Assembly (NCBI GenBank): GCA_951406725.2
Contig: OX597820.1
Location: forward strand, 105,152,001 to 105,216,000
DNA from: Octopus vulgaris
Taxonomy: Eukaryota
DNA: 64,000 nt
Reading direction: 5' to 3'
Below are positions 13,200-25,285 of the stretch, piece after piece (position 1 is the first letter of the stretch; each line of letters starts with the position of its first letter). The notes beneath the pieces are model-generated. The model did not search any database. It saw nothing but the letters and a program-made list of their open reading frames with translations, and was not told the origin of the DNA. The position numbers were made by a program, and so were the translations under genes.

Positions 13200-13865
13200 C
13201 TGGTATGAACATCACATAATCACGTAATCATGATATTTCAAGAAATTGTGACTGCTAACTTGGTCTTCTAAGTCAACTGAAGCTATCTACTACTTCTAAT
13301 GATTCCCCCAAGCATTTGAGGGAGCCAATTCTCTGTTCATTTTTAGTGCTCATTGTACTTGCACATCTTCCACACACAAAGACTAAATTCTCTGTTAACC
13401 TTCCTGTGATACTGCTTCACCTCTTATGTGTCCAAAGCTTGCACTGGGTACAATGCATGGAGCTTCTACCAACATCCTTCTTATATATTAAGCAGAGCCA
13501 TCTCCCTGCAGGGACTTGTGACTTGTTTGTTTTCCAATTTACTAGGACTTTGATTTTCGCTAAATTAACTCTAAGGCCCTTAGATTCCAGGCCTTGCTTC
13601 CACACCTGAAATTTCTTCTCTAGATCACATAGTGATTCAGCTTCAAGAACATGGTCATCAACGTAGAAGGGCTCCCAAGGAGAACCAGTCTTGAACTCCT
13701 CTAGGCTTGGAGGACTAAGATAAACAAGAGGGGGCTGAGAACTGAAAGTTGGCGAACTCCTACCTGTACACTGAATTCATTGCTATACTCATTGCCAACC
13801 ATCAACTAACTAGCAGCATCCCGGTACATGGCTTGTACAGCTCTCACTAACCACTCATCTATCTG
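13200..13865 (-). mobile_element. RTE-type LINE reverse transcriptase fragment with Cys-rich insert
   Basis: VGVRQLSVLSPLLFIL, PWEPFYVDDHVL (YADD box), WKQGLESKGLRVNLAK, then CTQCKLWTHKR. Confidence 0.8.
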
Positions 13866-14529
13866 ACTAAAGCGTACTTGATACTACATTCACAAAATTA
13901 ATATAAAAATATATGATGATAAATTATAAATTAACTCAGTATTTTGAATATCTAACTGTAAGTAGAGTGAAAAAGAATCTGTCACAATAAGGAGTGGGTG
14001 GAGCAGTGAATCAAATTCATTTTCTCATTTACGATAGACAGACAGACTGATAGATGCATATGTATGTACGTACGTATGTATGTATGTACATACAGTGTTT
14101 GTTGAGGCAGATTTTCTATGACTTGATATCTTTCCTGTTGCCAACCCTGTTTCTAAGCAAGGTTGTGTGTTTCCCATGGCCAGGCAGGCTTTCACAGAAT
14201 ATTGAAAATTAATGACAGTATGTGTGACAGTGACTCATTTATCATACTAAGTCAAAACAAGGAGACACGAGCATACACTCATTTACACATATATATAAAG
14301 GCCACACTGTACCTTATATATTTATATACATATATATATAAATGCATGTGCATTTTTTCAATGAGTCCAAATAAATAACATAGAAACAATAAATAGTTAC
14401 CAAGGTAGTAAAAAATTCACGTAAGTACCAAGGATGTAACAGCCTACTTAAAAGGTTTAGTGAAATGCTTTTGTATAACAGATAAATAAGAAATGGAATT
14501 AAATGCAGGTGTTATTCAAACCTTTATAC

Positions 14530-15165
14530 TTCCGACATATGTTTCAAAGAAAACATTGGTATTATTCCTGAGGAAATAAAATGATGTAAAACAATGCAAT
14601 CTTCTCATTAGGGAAAAAAAGGGAAACAACATCAGTAAGCCATTTTAACTGAATGTGATGAATGCATATGTGATGAAGGGAATGCTGTCAAGTTATTTTT
14701 TTTAAAAAACCATTAATAGATTTAACGTCAAATGAAATTTAGAGAAAGGACAAGAGAGAAAATAGTAGAAAACCAAGAGTGGAGAAATGTAGTGCATTAG
14801 ATGAATGGAAATAAAGCTTAAAGGCATGGAAATACATATATTTAGTGGAAATGAAGTGTAAAATGACAGTTAAAGGTCGAATTTTATAGATTGGTAAAAA
14901 TTACTTATAGGAATTAAAGGTATGTTTCTGCCAATGTTTGCAGCAACAAACGCGTTCTTTAAATGTGCTTATAAGAGAATTGTAGCCGTTACACTACATT
15001 TAGGTATATCAATAAATGCAACAATACTGGGCTTAGTAAATTAATTTGATCTCTGAAGGAACATAAACAATTTGATTTGGAATGGAATGTTCTATCTAGG
15101 TCCTTTCCATATGATAAAGGTAAATCTTCTTGTCCGCACTGTAGCAATGAACTCTATCTCATCTT
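14530..15165. mobile_element. Penelope-like element remnant: inverted terminus with hammerhead motif plus GIY-YIG C-terminus
   Basis: Plus frame 14990-15165 YTTFRYINKCNNTGLSKLI*SLKEHKQFDLEWNVLSRSFPYDKGKSSCPHC; minus 14530-14615 ttcc-CTAATGA...GAAAC-atat-GTC-ggaa. Confidence 0.75.
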
Positions 15166-15385
15166 GTTCGTATATGTGTACACACACACACATGCACACA
15201 CACACATCTGTGTATATGACTTTGTGTTGTCCCCCATCACCACTTGACAACTGGTATTGGTTTGTTTACATCCCATGATTTAGCAATTTGGCAAATGATA
15301 CCAATAGAGTAAGTATCAGGCTTAAAAATATAAAAACTCATAAGTAATGAGGTCTCTCCAATGAGTGAAACAAGTACAGAATAAA

Positions 15386-15419
<34 letters not shown>

Positions 15420-16216
15420 TAATAATTTTTATGCAACTCTACCCTGTACTGTTCTCTTTCTTGCTTTCTCTAATTCTTTTTTTTCTCCCCTTTTCACTCT
15501 CATCCTTTCTCTAATTCTTTTTTCTCCCTTTCACCATTTTCTTTCTCTCTCTCTCCCTCTCTCTCCCTCTTTTTCCTTTACTCTCTCTCATTGCTCACAC
15601 ATGACCATCATCCATCTTTCTTTTCCTCATATGATCACCTTTCTTTTCTTTCAGTCTGTCATACAAATCAAACGCATTCTTATCTGTCTCCTATCTTTTC
15701 TCTTGTTAAAGACAATATTCTTCCAGCGTTCGCTACCTTACTTCATCTGGCCTAATGGCCCTCCATGTTTGTTTTCGTTTGGTTTGTTATATGTCTCCAC
15801 TGTCCTGTTTCTGTTACCAACTTTAACACTCCGCAAATCCCAAATTTTAATTTGGTTTGTGGGGGCAACTGCCTTTCGAAGCCTCATATTGTTGTAAAAT
15901 GCTGAAAATGATGAGTAGATGGACAGCCAATAACTGATGAAGGGTCGTTCTTTATTTTACTTGTCTTGTTTTCCATTCGTTTCTCTCGTTGTTCGCATAC
16001 CCAAGTTTGTCTTCGTATTTCATATAGTTTATGTTTTGGGACGTCCTGTACCCATATATGCACATATATATATATATATAAGATTAATCAGCCGAAATTA
16101 CTACGATGATCCGGTTCTTGACTGAAGACTGAGGGTTTCGAATGTCCTGTCCGTGTTTATTGTATCGTCTTCTAAGAGTTATACGTTCTTGTCCATGTTG
16201 TATTTTTCTACATACC

Positions 16217-16423
<207 letters not shown>

Positions 16424-16528
16424 CTGTTTCATTCATATATAGAAATCTTCATAATAAAATTCAGTATATATATATATTTTATATATATATATATTTACTG
16501 TGGTTAACCCCGAATCAACCCGGGACCT

Positions 16529-16607
<79 letters not shown>

Positions 16608-16991
16608 ATGTATGTACATATAAGTATGTATATATATATATATGCGCAAAAAATCCCAAATTTTATTTAATTTGGTTTGCGGGAAGGGCTGTTTCAACGA
16701 AGTCACGTATTATCCTTGCCTTCGAAATCGTGGAGTAGATGAAAAAGGGACAACTGACGAAGGGGAATATTCTTTATGCTGCATATCTCGTTTCTCTGTT
16801 TTTTCATTGTTCGAAAATATTTGTTTTCTATGTTTTTGTTTTTATGTTTTCGTTTCTCATTGTGTTCAAAGCTTTTTTTTGACGCCCTGTACCCATATAT
16901 GCATGTATATATACATATATATGTAGGTATGTATATATATGTATGTACATATGCATATATTTATATATTATTTATATTATTATATATATAC

Positions 16992-17816
16992 ATCATCATC
17001 ATCATCGTTTAGCGTCCGCTTTCCATGCTAGCATGGGTTGGACGGTTCAACTGGGGTCTGGGAAGCCAGAAGGCTGCACCAGGCCCAGTCTTATCTGGCA
17101 ATGTTTCGACGGCTGGATGCCCTTCCTAATGCCAACCACTCCGTGAGTGTAGTGGGTGCTTTTTACGTGCCAGATGAGGCTGGCAAATGGCCACAATCAG
17201 ATGGTGCTTTTGACGTGCCACTGGCACGGGGGCCAGGCGAGGCTGGCAACGGCCACGATTGGATGGTGCTTTTTACATGCCACCGGCACGAGGCCAGTTA
17301 GGGCAGCGCTGGCAACGCCCACGTTCGGATGGTTCTCTTACATACCACTGGCACTGGTATCACAGTGGCAATTTCCATTGATGCTGATCCATTTCGATTT
17401 GGATTTGGATTTGGATTTTCACTTGCCTCAACAGGTCTTCACAAGTAGAGTTTTGTGTCCCAAGAAGGAAAGGTATGCATAAGTGGACTGGCTACATCCC
17501 AGGTAGAGGCCACGGGTTATGGTCTCACTTGTCTTGCCAGGTCTTCTCACGCACAGCATACTTCCAAAGGTCTCGGTCTCTAGTCATTTCCTTGGTGAGA
17601 CCTAAAGTTTGAAGGTCGTTCTTCATCATCTCATTCCAAGTTTTCCTGGGTCTGCCTCTTCCACAAGTTCCCCCAACTACTAGGGTATGGCACTTTTTCA
17701 CACAACTATCTTCATCCATTCTCGCCACATGACCATACCAGTGCAAACGTCTCTCTTGCACACCACAACTGATGCCTCTTATGTCCAACTTTTCTCTCAA
17801 GGTATTTACACTCTGT
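16992..17816 (-). mobile_element. RTE LINE 3' end with long 3' UTR and (GAT)n tail
   Basis: ORF 17525-17800 with RRLHWYGHVARMD and RGRPRKTW; UTR with tandem ~57-bp GC-rich repeats; tail ..ctaaacgatgatgatg. Confidence 0.9.
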
Positions 17817-17877
17817 CAAGTATATATACATATATATATATATAAAGAAATGGATTTAAATGCAGGTGTTATTGTGT

Positions 17878-18180
17878 GGGGGGTGCATGGCCTAGTGGTT
17901 AGGGTGTTGCACTCAGAATCGCTAGATTATGTTTTCAATTCCGAGACCAGGTGGTGCATTGTGTTCTTGAGCAAAACACTCCATCTCCTGTTGCTCTGCA
18001 ATCATTTTGACTCCTGATGTGTGGTAGACTGTGCACTTGATCAGACAAGGTCGATTTGATGGAAAAAGTGAGCTAATGTGCAGTACAAGCATTTGATCAC
18101 TATAAACAAATCATTTGTGCAGGTTGTTTGGCAAAAGCTGAACACTTATTCGTGGTCTTCAACAGGAGAGTCCATTATAT
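17878..18180 (+). mobile_element. tRNA-derived SINE family C
   Basis: A box tggcctagtggtt, CORE-like ttcttgagcaaaacac; related copy at 41537-41860. Confidence 0.65.
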
Positions 18181-18219
18181 GCGTGTCTGTGTATGTGTGT
18201 GTATTCACACACACACCTA

Positions 18220-18251
<32 letters not shown>

Positions 18252-18468
18252 AATTAAATTAGAGATAAAACCACTATTAGGCAACTCAAACAGTGATAGA
18301 CATAAACCAAAATATAAAAAACAAAAAATAAATATAATTAATATAATATATAATATATATATAAAATTATAATTTAATTTATTAGAATTTTAAATTTTTA
18401 AATTAAAAATTTTTTTTTATATAACTAACCAAAAAGTATAAAAAACTTAAATATAATATAAGTAAAAA

Positions 18469-18565
18469 CACTACGTACGTTTCATGGCTATAATTCAATT
18501 CGAATTACAATTAAATTTAAATTCAATTGAAAATTCGAATTAAAATTATAGTCAATCTTCAGGTT
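18469..18565 (-). ncRNA. Minimal hammerhead ribozyme motif with long AT-rich stem II
   Basis: Minus: aac-CTGAAGA-t-tgactataatt...aattatagcca-t-GAAAC-GTAC-GT-A-gtg; palindromic stem III. Confidence 0.6.
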
Positions 18566-18708
18566 AATGATAATAGTTAAATAAATAACTAAATAAATAA
18601 GTAAGTTTAGATATACTCCCTAATATTATTATTGTTATACATAAATATATATGTGTGTTGAAGACCATATATATATATATATATGGTCTTCATATATATA
18701 TGGTCTTC

Positions 18709-18754
<46 letters not shown>

Positions 18755-19094
18755 TCTTCAACAGGAGAGTCCATTATATGTGTGTGTGTGTGTGTGTATT
18801 CACACACACACCTATATATAGATATTATATACATATATATGTATATATACATAACATTCTGTATATCTTACTGAACATGGATTTACTGTAAGAAAGCCAC
18901 AATAGTGCAGTATTTGTCTTGAGAAAGCATCTCATATGGATGTATAGTGCTAAAAAGCAAAGAAGTATCATCTCATATAGACATGAAATGTTCTCTCAAA
19001 ACAAATACTGCAGTGTTGTGGGTTTCTTACAATATCCATATTAAGTAAGACATACAGAATGCTATTCTGAACTATTATGGCTTCCATCACTAAT

Positions 19095-19229
<135 letters not shown>

Positions 19230-19240
19230 TATATATAATA

Positions 19241-20084
19241 CAGGCTGCAGTGAATACATAGTCGTTTAAATCATGCAAAAATGAAAATAACACCGACATA
19301 TCATTTTAACAGATATTTTTACCAAAATTACATAAAAATATCTTGAAATACTAAAGAGTAAATTCAATCAATAAAATTGCCATTGGCTTCTACCATAGCC
19401 TCCAAATGATTTTCGAATCTACTGCATCTCTTCTGGGACAGTCTCCTTGTTTAAGTTGGTGAATGCTGCCATAATTCTTGCCTTCAGTTTGATGTTACAA
19501 GGAGTTTTGTTGGTCTCTCACACAACTGCACCCCACATATAATAATCAAGAGGGTTGCAGTCTGGGGAGTTAGGTGGCCAGATGTTGGGGGTAATATGGT
19601 CGCAGAAATTGTCTGTCAGCCATGACTGGGTTCACCTGTTGTTGTGGCATGGCACAAAGTCTTGTTGCCAGACATAGGGTCTTCCAGAAACACCCCTCTT
19701 CACCCAGTGCAGCACTACCTCCTTCAGTGTTGAGTCTGAGGCTGTGGGGAAAGATGGATGGTGACATAACGTTGCCATCACTAGTGATCACTCCAAACAC
19801 CATAATGTTGACTGAATGTTTGATTTTTATCACTCTCGATACTTGTCCTCAGATTGACACCCAAACACTATGAAATGTAGTGGAGCTTCCAGCACAAATG
19901 CTAGGCTGTACAGCTTGTCATTTCCAAATCTCTGGCAGAGTGAATTGTGTCATAGTGTTGTGTTTCTCACAGACAGTGCTCAACTGACCTTACTATACTG
20001 TGTAGTCAACAAAATCAAAAATGAATAATGTGCGTGCGCAAAATTAAAAATATAAAATGGGGACAATTTACCCATTGCACTCTG
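19241..20084 (-). mobile_element. Internally deleted Tc1/mariner transposon, maT (DD37D)-like
   Basis: KHSVNIMVFGVITSDG, YVWQQDSVPCH, WPPNSPDCNPLDYYMW; TA-flanked imperfect TIRs CAGGCTGCAGTG / CATTGCACTCTG. Confidence 0.85.
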
Positions 20085-20486
20085 TATATATATATACACT
20101 GAATTAGTACTTAAGCATCGTAAAAATTCTCTAATATGTCATTAAACAGCAATATATTATTACAGATGCAGTAACCATAGCAGGAATGGATTTGGATAGA
20201 ACTAAAATTAACTAAAATGAATGTTCAGAGCAAAAGGTTTAGAAGTATGGAAAACAAAAGTATCAATGATCTTTCAAACTTCCATTTTGTTTTACAGCTG
20301 TTCCCATGGTTTAGGTGCAAGTATCATCAATTACATAATCATTAACTAATTAATGCATAATTAATTGCATAATGATTATGTGATTGATGATGTTTAGACT
20401 TAAGCCACAGAGATAGCTAGAGAACAAAATGTAATTTTGAAATATTGAGATTTTTGTTTTCTATTCTTCCATACATACACATATAT

Positions 20487-20905
20487 CGGTGGCAGCAGTT
20501 TTATCTCGTATCCAAGAATTTAGTTTCTCCTTTACTGAATGTTTCCTTTATGGTGACAGCATTCAGGATTAAGTAGACCAAATCTTGCATAGAAGAGTCA
20601 ATGGCATTGACAGCTTGGTAATGTTGGGGGGGAGGACGAGGTTGATTTTGTCGAGACTTTCTCTCCTGTCGTTTGATTTCTTCCTTTTCTTTTCTGATGG
20701 TTTTGAAGATTTTTGGTTCCAATGGTGATGGAACACCACCATTTGGTATGGTCTTGCACTTGTATTACAAATGATTTAGACTCGAGTCCAGTGACTTTCA
20801 ATGTTATTTCGAGTTGGTCTATGTTGTTTTGAGTTGTATCTTCGAAGAATTTTCCCTGAAGTAAGCTCACTGAATAAGAAGACTTGGCATGAGAACCTTG
20901 ATGGC
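20487..20905 (-). mobile_element. RTE (BovB-like) LINE C-terminus
   Basis: Frameshifted DQLEITLK..QDHTKWW..ITIGT, KRQERKSR, then CQCH..RFGLL, matching the BovB-type terminal zinc-finger region. Confidence 0.7.
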
Positions 20906-21399
20906 AATTTTGAGAGAAGGGATTAGTTAATTGTACTGACCCCAGTACTTGACTGTTGCTTCATTTTAAAGACTCCAAAAAGATAAAAGGCAAAGTTGAC
21001 TTAAGGTTCCTCAAAGTTGTCTTTGGCAAGACATGAACCCAGAAGGTTCCTTAAAAAACTCAGAATACCTCAAAGCATTTTTTCCTCATCACTTTCATGC
21101 ATACTGTAAGAATATTTAGTGCTGACATTCAGAATTGAGAAATATCCTATGATGGAGATGATGAACTGGAATGGATTTATCTGATAGTGAGAATAAAATC
21201 CTTAAATCCTTAAAAGAGGAAGAAACATATCTTGGAATATTGGGAAGTGATAAAATCAAAAGTATTGAAGTTAAGGAAGTTCTCAGTAAAGAATATTTTC
21301 ATGGAAGGAAGATTTAAATATCCAAATTGAATGCAGAAAATACCATACAAGCAATTATCTTGAGGGCAACATCACTAATAAGGTTTTGGAGCGGAATCA

Positions 21400-21770
21400 T
21401 TCCAGGGGGTTCTAGTGGGGGATGGGCACATCCTCCATCTCTCACTAGATCATCCAGATGCAGTAGCTGCTGGCTGGAAGAAGTCTTGAGGTAGGCCCCA
21501 TACCAGATGGCTAGATATGATTGGAAGATCTCTAGAAGCTCAGCATCACCTTGGAGGATCCAGAGAGGCTGGTACAAGACCACCATTAGTAGAGAGTACT
21601 GGTGGACCTGGTCATCTCTGAGACCACTAACCTGGTATGACCCAGTCCCATCAGGCAAGAGCATGAAGCAGAAAGCAATCAAGCAAAGCAAGTCGGAGGA
21701 ATCACTGAATAAAGGAAGGCTGAATTGAAGGTTCATCATCATCATTATCATCATCATCATCATCCATCAT
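21400..21770 (+). mobile_element. RTE-like LINE 3' end with (CAT)n tail nested in the R4/Dong remnant
   Basis: GRPHTRWLDMIGRSL motif and a catcatcat tail. Confidence 0.6.
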
Positions 21771-22308
21771 CAACAGGAAGATGAGGATGCAGCTTATAAT
21801 GCACAGAAGCATGCACCTCCAATCAGATGTGAACCTGATAGTGAAAAAGAACAGGAGGAAATGTATTAACCCTTTCAGTACCGACCTGCCTGGGACCACT
21901 CTAGTTCTATGATACAAACTTCTAGTTTAAAACCTTCCTTCCAAATATTATGTTAATTTATATTCTTGATACTACCTTAATAATTAAAAAATAATTTAGT
22001 ATAATTATTTTTTATTTTCAAAATAAATTGAAGTAAAAGAGGTATGATTCAACAAGTATGTGGTAACAATGGGGGTAAGGATTATTGAAAATGCAGTGGA
22101 ACTATAGGATATATGTTTAAGCTTTAATCTAGAAATGAAAGACGTTCTCCTTAAGAAGGTAGTAAGTGAAGGGCTATTCACAGAGTTGGCAGAAACCAAG
22201 GAGGAAATTTGGAAAAAAGGAAATCAGTCATTGAAGGAAGAAGTTCAGTGAAAAAAATTTTTCGAAAGGACAAAAGAGATTAGGGATAACAAGGACAGGT
22301 GGCTTTGA

Positions 22309-22536
22309 TTAACCCTTTCATTATTGTATTTCTTTTGAGATGCTGTGTTTCTTTTAATTAATTTTAAATATAGCTAAGAATTTAGTAAAATAACTTAGTT
22401 ATCATTAAGCTAGTGTTAGGAACACAAATTGTGACTAAGGTTTGGTTGAAGATTTTAATTCAAAACTTATGAAAACAAGACATTTGTATTACAGACCCAG
22501 AGCCAGTTTCAGCCAGGTTGGTAGCGAAAGGGTTAA
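22309..22536. mobile_element. TTAA-flanked piggyBac-type MITE
   Basis: TTAA-CCCTTTC...GAAAGGG-TTAA; related copies near 2090-2300, 12650-12880, 21866-22078, 43735-43955 and 52860-53571. Confidence 0.8.
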
Positions 22537-23684
22537 AGAAAAGAACATTGAAGAAAGAGTCTGAGGATATCATTTTGATAGCACAGGAACAATTGAATCA
22601 AGTGAATATAAGCAGGATTGTTCATCTAAATAAACAATATGCAATAATACAGGTGAGACTATAGCTGACATTGTATCAGAGTACCCACAGGTAATTCAAA
22701 ATGTGCAAATAAAAAGTTTAGGTATAAGATGACTGCAATAATTTGCTGAAATCTTCACAAGAGGCTTAGTTTTGCATGCACAGGAAAGAATTTTGGCCAT
22801 TTTTTTTTGGGGGGGGGGACAGAAAAGAAAGTCTTTGAAAACAATGAAGTAAGGTTGTTTATGGGACTTCCCTATATAAACCAAAGGAAAACACAGAACC
22901 ATGTCAGGTGCTGTAGTCGTTGATGAGAAGAAAATGTGTAATTGACATGGTATGCCTATTCAATGCAAGAATAAGGTAGAATATTCAGGTATTATACCAA
23001 CTTGAAATATAAAATTCTCAAATGCTGAGACACTGAAGTTAAAGAGGTCAAAATCCGACCAATTATCAATGAGGCCTTGGAAACTGTGAAGAAGAATTTG
23101 GTCCTCAAGAACTCTGATTGATCCAGTCTCCTTATTGGTTGAGAGGGAAGTATCAAAGAAATTTTCTAAAATATTTTTAATGGCTTTCTTTCTAAAAAAT
23201 CCTATGTCTGTGGAAGTTTTGGTAGGGAATAGCTCCCTAAAGCCTTCCCCATTGATGGATATGTCTTGCTGTTTATAACTGCCTCTAGCAACTTAACGCT
23301 TTAGCATTCAGATTATTCTATCAAATGTAATGCTTATTTATTCACCTTGATTAGAATTAATTCTGCATTATCTTGTAGATTTGAGATTTTGAGTATGTGA
23401 TTGTTTACTTTTGACAAACTTTCTCACCTGTATACACAACTTACAAGTGTACTTTACTTCCTTACCTTATTTACATTGTACTTTATTTATATTGTAATTT
23501 ACTCTATAATCTCTATTTATTCATTCATTTATTACTCCAATTCTATTTACCTATTCTATCCTACCTCCAACCAACCTTCAAACCCCTCATCAAAACAAAA
23601 ATACAAATCATAAACAGTATCATTCAATCTACTGTAATAAATCTACAAACAAACGTACATAACATCTAAGGGTATATTTTTTTT

Positions 23685-23750
23685 TCCTTCTGAAGAGATA
23701 ATGCTCATTTAATTAATTTCATTGTGTATAATTGAAACAGCTGTAAGGGA
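23685..23750 (+). ncRNA. Minimal type I hammerhead ribozyme motif (Penelope-type)
   Basis: tcctt-CTGAAGA-(stem II)-GAAAC-AGCT-GT-A-aggga: intact core, stem I pairing, palindromic ACAGCTGT stem III. Confidence 0.7.
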
Positions 23751-23964
23751 TAATGACCGATTTGTTGCTGATAGTAAACTCTTAACTTCAAAATCTCAAT
23801 TTTCTTCTTTTTCCTTTCCATGAATATAAACTACAGTTTATATCCAAACTTATTATTTTAAAGAAATCAATTCCCCCAAAAATATTAGGTATTGAACTAG
23901 TATTTCTGTGGATGATGCAATCCTTTCATGAGGCTAACACGACCTCTAACTGAATTATATATAT

Positions 23965-24880
23965 ATATAACGAGAAGGTTTACGAAAATAAACAAAATAC
24001 GAAAGCAGGTGGAATACAAACAAACAAATGTATTAGTATGGCGCTCAGGAATAGAAATAGAACAAGTCTTTTACGTTTTGAGCCTATGCTCTTCGACAGA
24101 AATATACACAGAAAAGAAACAAGGAGGGAAAAAATGTGTGTAGGAGCTAACGGTCTATCATGGCATTATATATATATAGTTAATCCAAACAAGAAAACAA
24201 AAAAAAACACAACAACGTGAGGACGTGGAACAAATATAGTATTATTGGACGCTCAGGAAAGAATGGAAGAAGGAGGGTTTAACGTTTCAAGCGGAGCTCT
24301 TCGTCGGAAACATAGGAGAAGGAAAGATCCCGAGAAGGGAAGACAGAGGAAAAAAAATCGCCAACAGTACACACGAGGTCAATCTGTAAATGTAATATGT
24401 GACAATTATTTGGTAGCCTTAATAAAACTCTGAGTTTCAGATGTCGGGGTGGAAATCCACGCCACCATCTCTTCAGTTATCCAGCCGTCAGAAAAAATGC
24501 TATGAAAATGACTGTTAAACAAAGGGAAATTACTGTATGATTGACCGTTATTATGACAAAAGACCTATTCGAATGCCCTCTAAGTGAGGGGAGGGAGTAA
24601 AAGTAAGGGGCTAAAAATGTTCATAGTATTCGCATGTCCATACCTACACATGTGCACCCACACACCCATGTACATGCGCCTATAAGTATACACTCATGTA
24701 CCCTTACTTGGCCAGATAACTGAAGAGGTGGCAGCATGGATTTCCGCCCTGACATCTGAAACTCGGAGTTTTATCTTGGCTACCGAATAATTGTCACATA
24801 TTACATTTACAGATAAATTCCTCTATTTACATAATATCGATGTCTCTTTCATTCCTTTGTTGTCTTACCATTTCTATCAA
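23965..24880. mobile_element. Cluster of Penelope-like terminal repeats with hammerhead motifs, including an inverted pair
   Basis: Motifs at 24069-24102 (-), 24277-24311 (-), about 24420-24482 (-) and 24715-24775 (+); arms 24382-24486 and 24709-24814 are inverted copies; 24180-24375 is a reverse copy of 31510-31710. Confidence 0.7.
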
Positions 24881-25012
24881 TATGATGATATATATATATA
24901 TTGTTTGAAGTGGTGTACAGATTTTATATATTAAGAAAAAAATTGTCAGAATTTTGGATAATTCTTTAACACTTTCATCTCATTCATTTGGATTCATCAG
25001 ATATCTCCTTTT

Positions 25013-25014
<2 letters not shown>

Positions 25015-25094
<80 letters not shown>

Positions 25095-25192
25095 GTGTGT
25101 GTGCGAAGGTGCGTGTGTGTGCGAAGGTGCGTGTGTGTGTATGTGTGTGTGTGTGTGTGTGTGTGCGAAGGTGCGTGTGTGTGTGTGCGAAG

Positions 25193-25285
<93 letters not shown>
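25015..25285. repeat. (GT)n microsatellite with four gcgaaggtgc interruptions
   Basis: Direct reading. Confidence 0.97.

Larger units (their letters stand above)
21130..23110 (+). mobile_element. Old R4/Dong-like LINE, fragmented by three nested insertions
   Basis: YLGILGSDKIK..KEYF..SKLNAENTIQAI, LKKESEDIILIAQEQ, GETIADIVSE, LWDFPI and PIINEALETV are collinear with the intact-like copy at 61040-63630. Confidence 0.7.

Noticed and set aside
17150-17360. Regularly spaced ggatggtgcttttacgtgccac repeats resembling a CRISPR array (also 50130-50350)
   Set aside because: Eukaryotic context; the spacers are related to each other; part of an RTE 3' UTR
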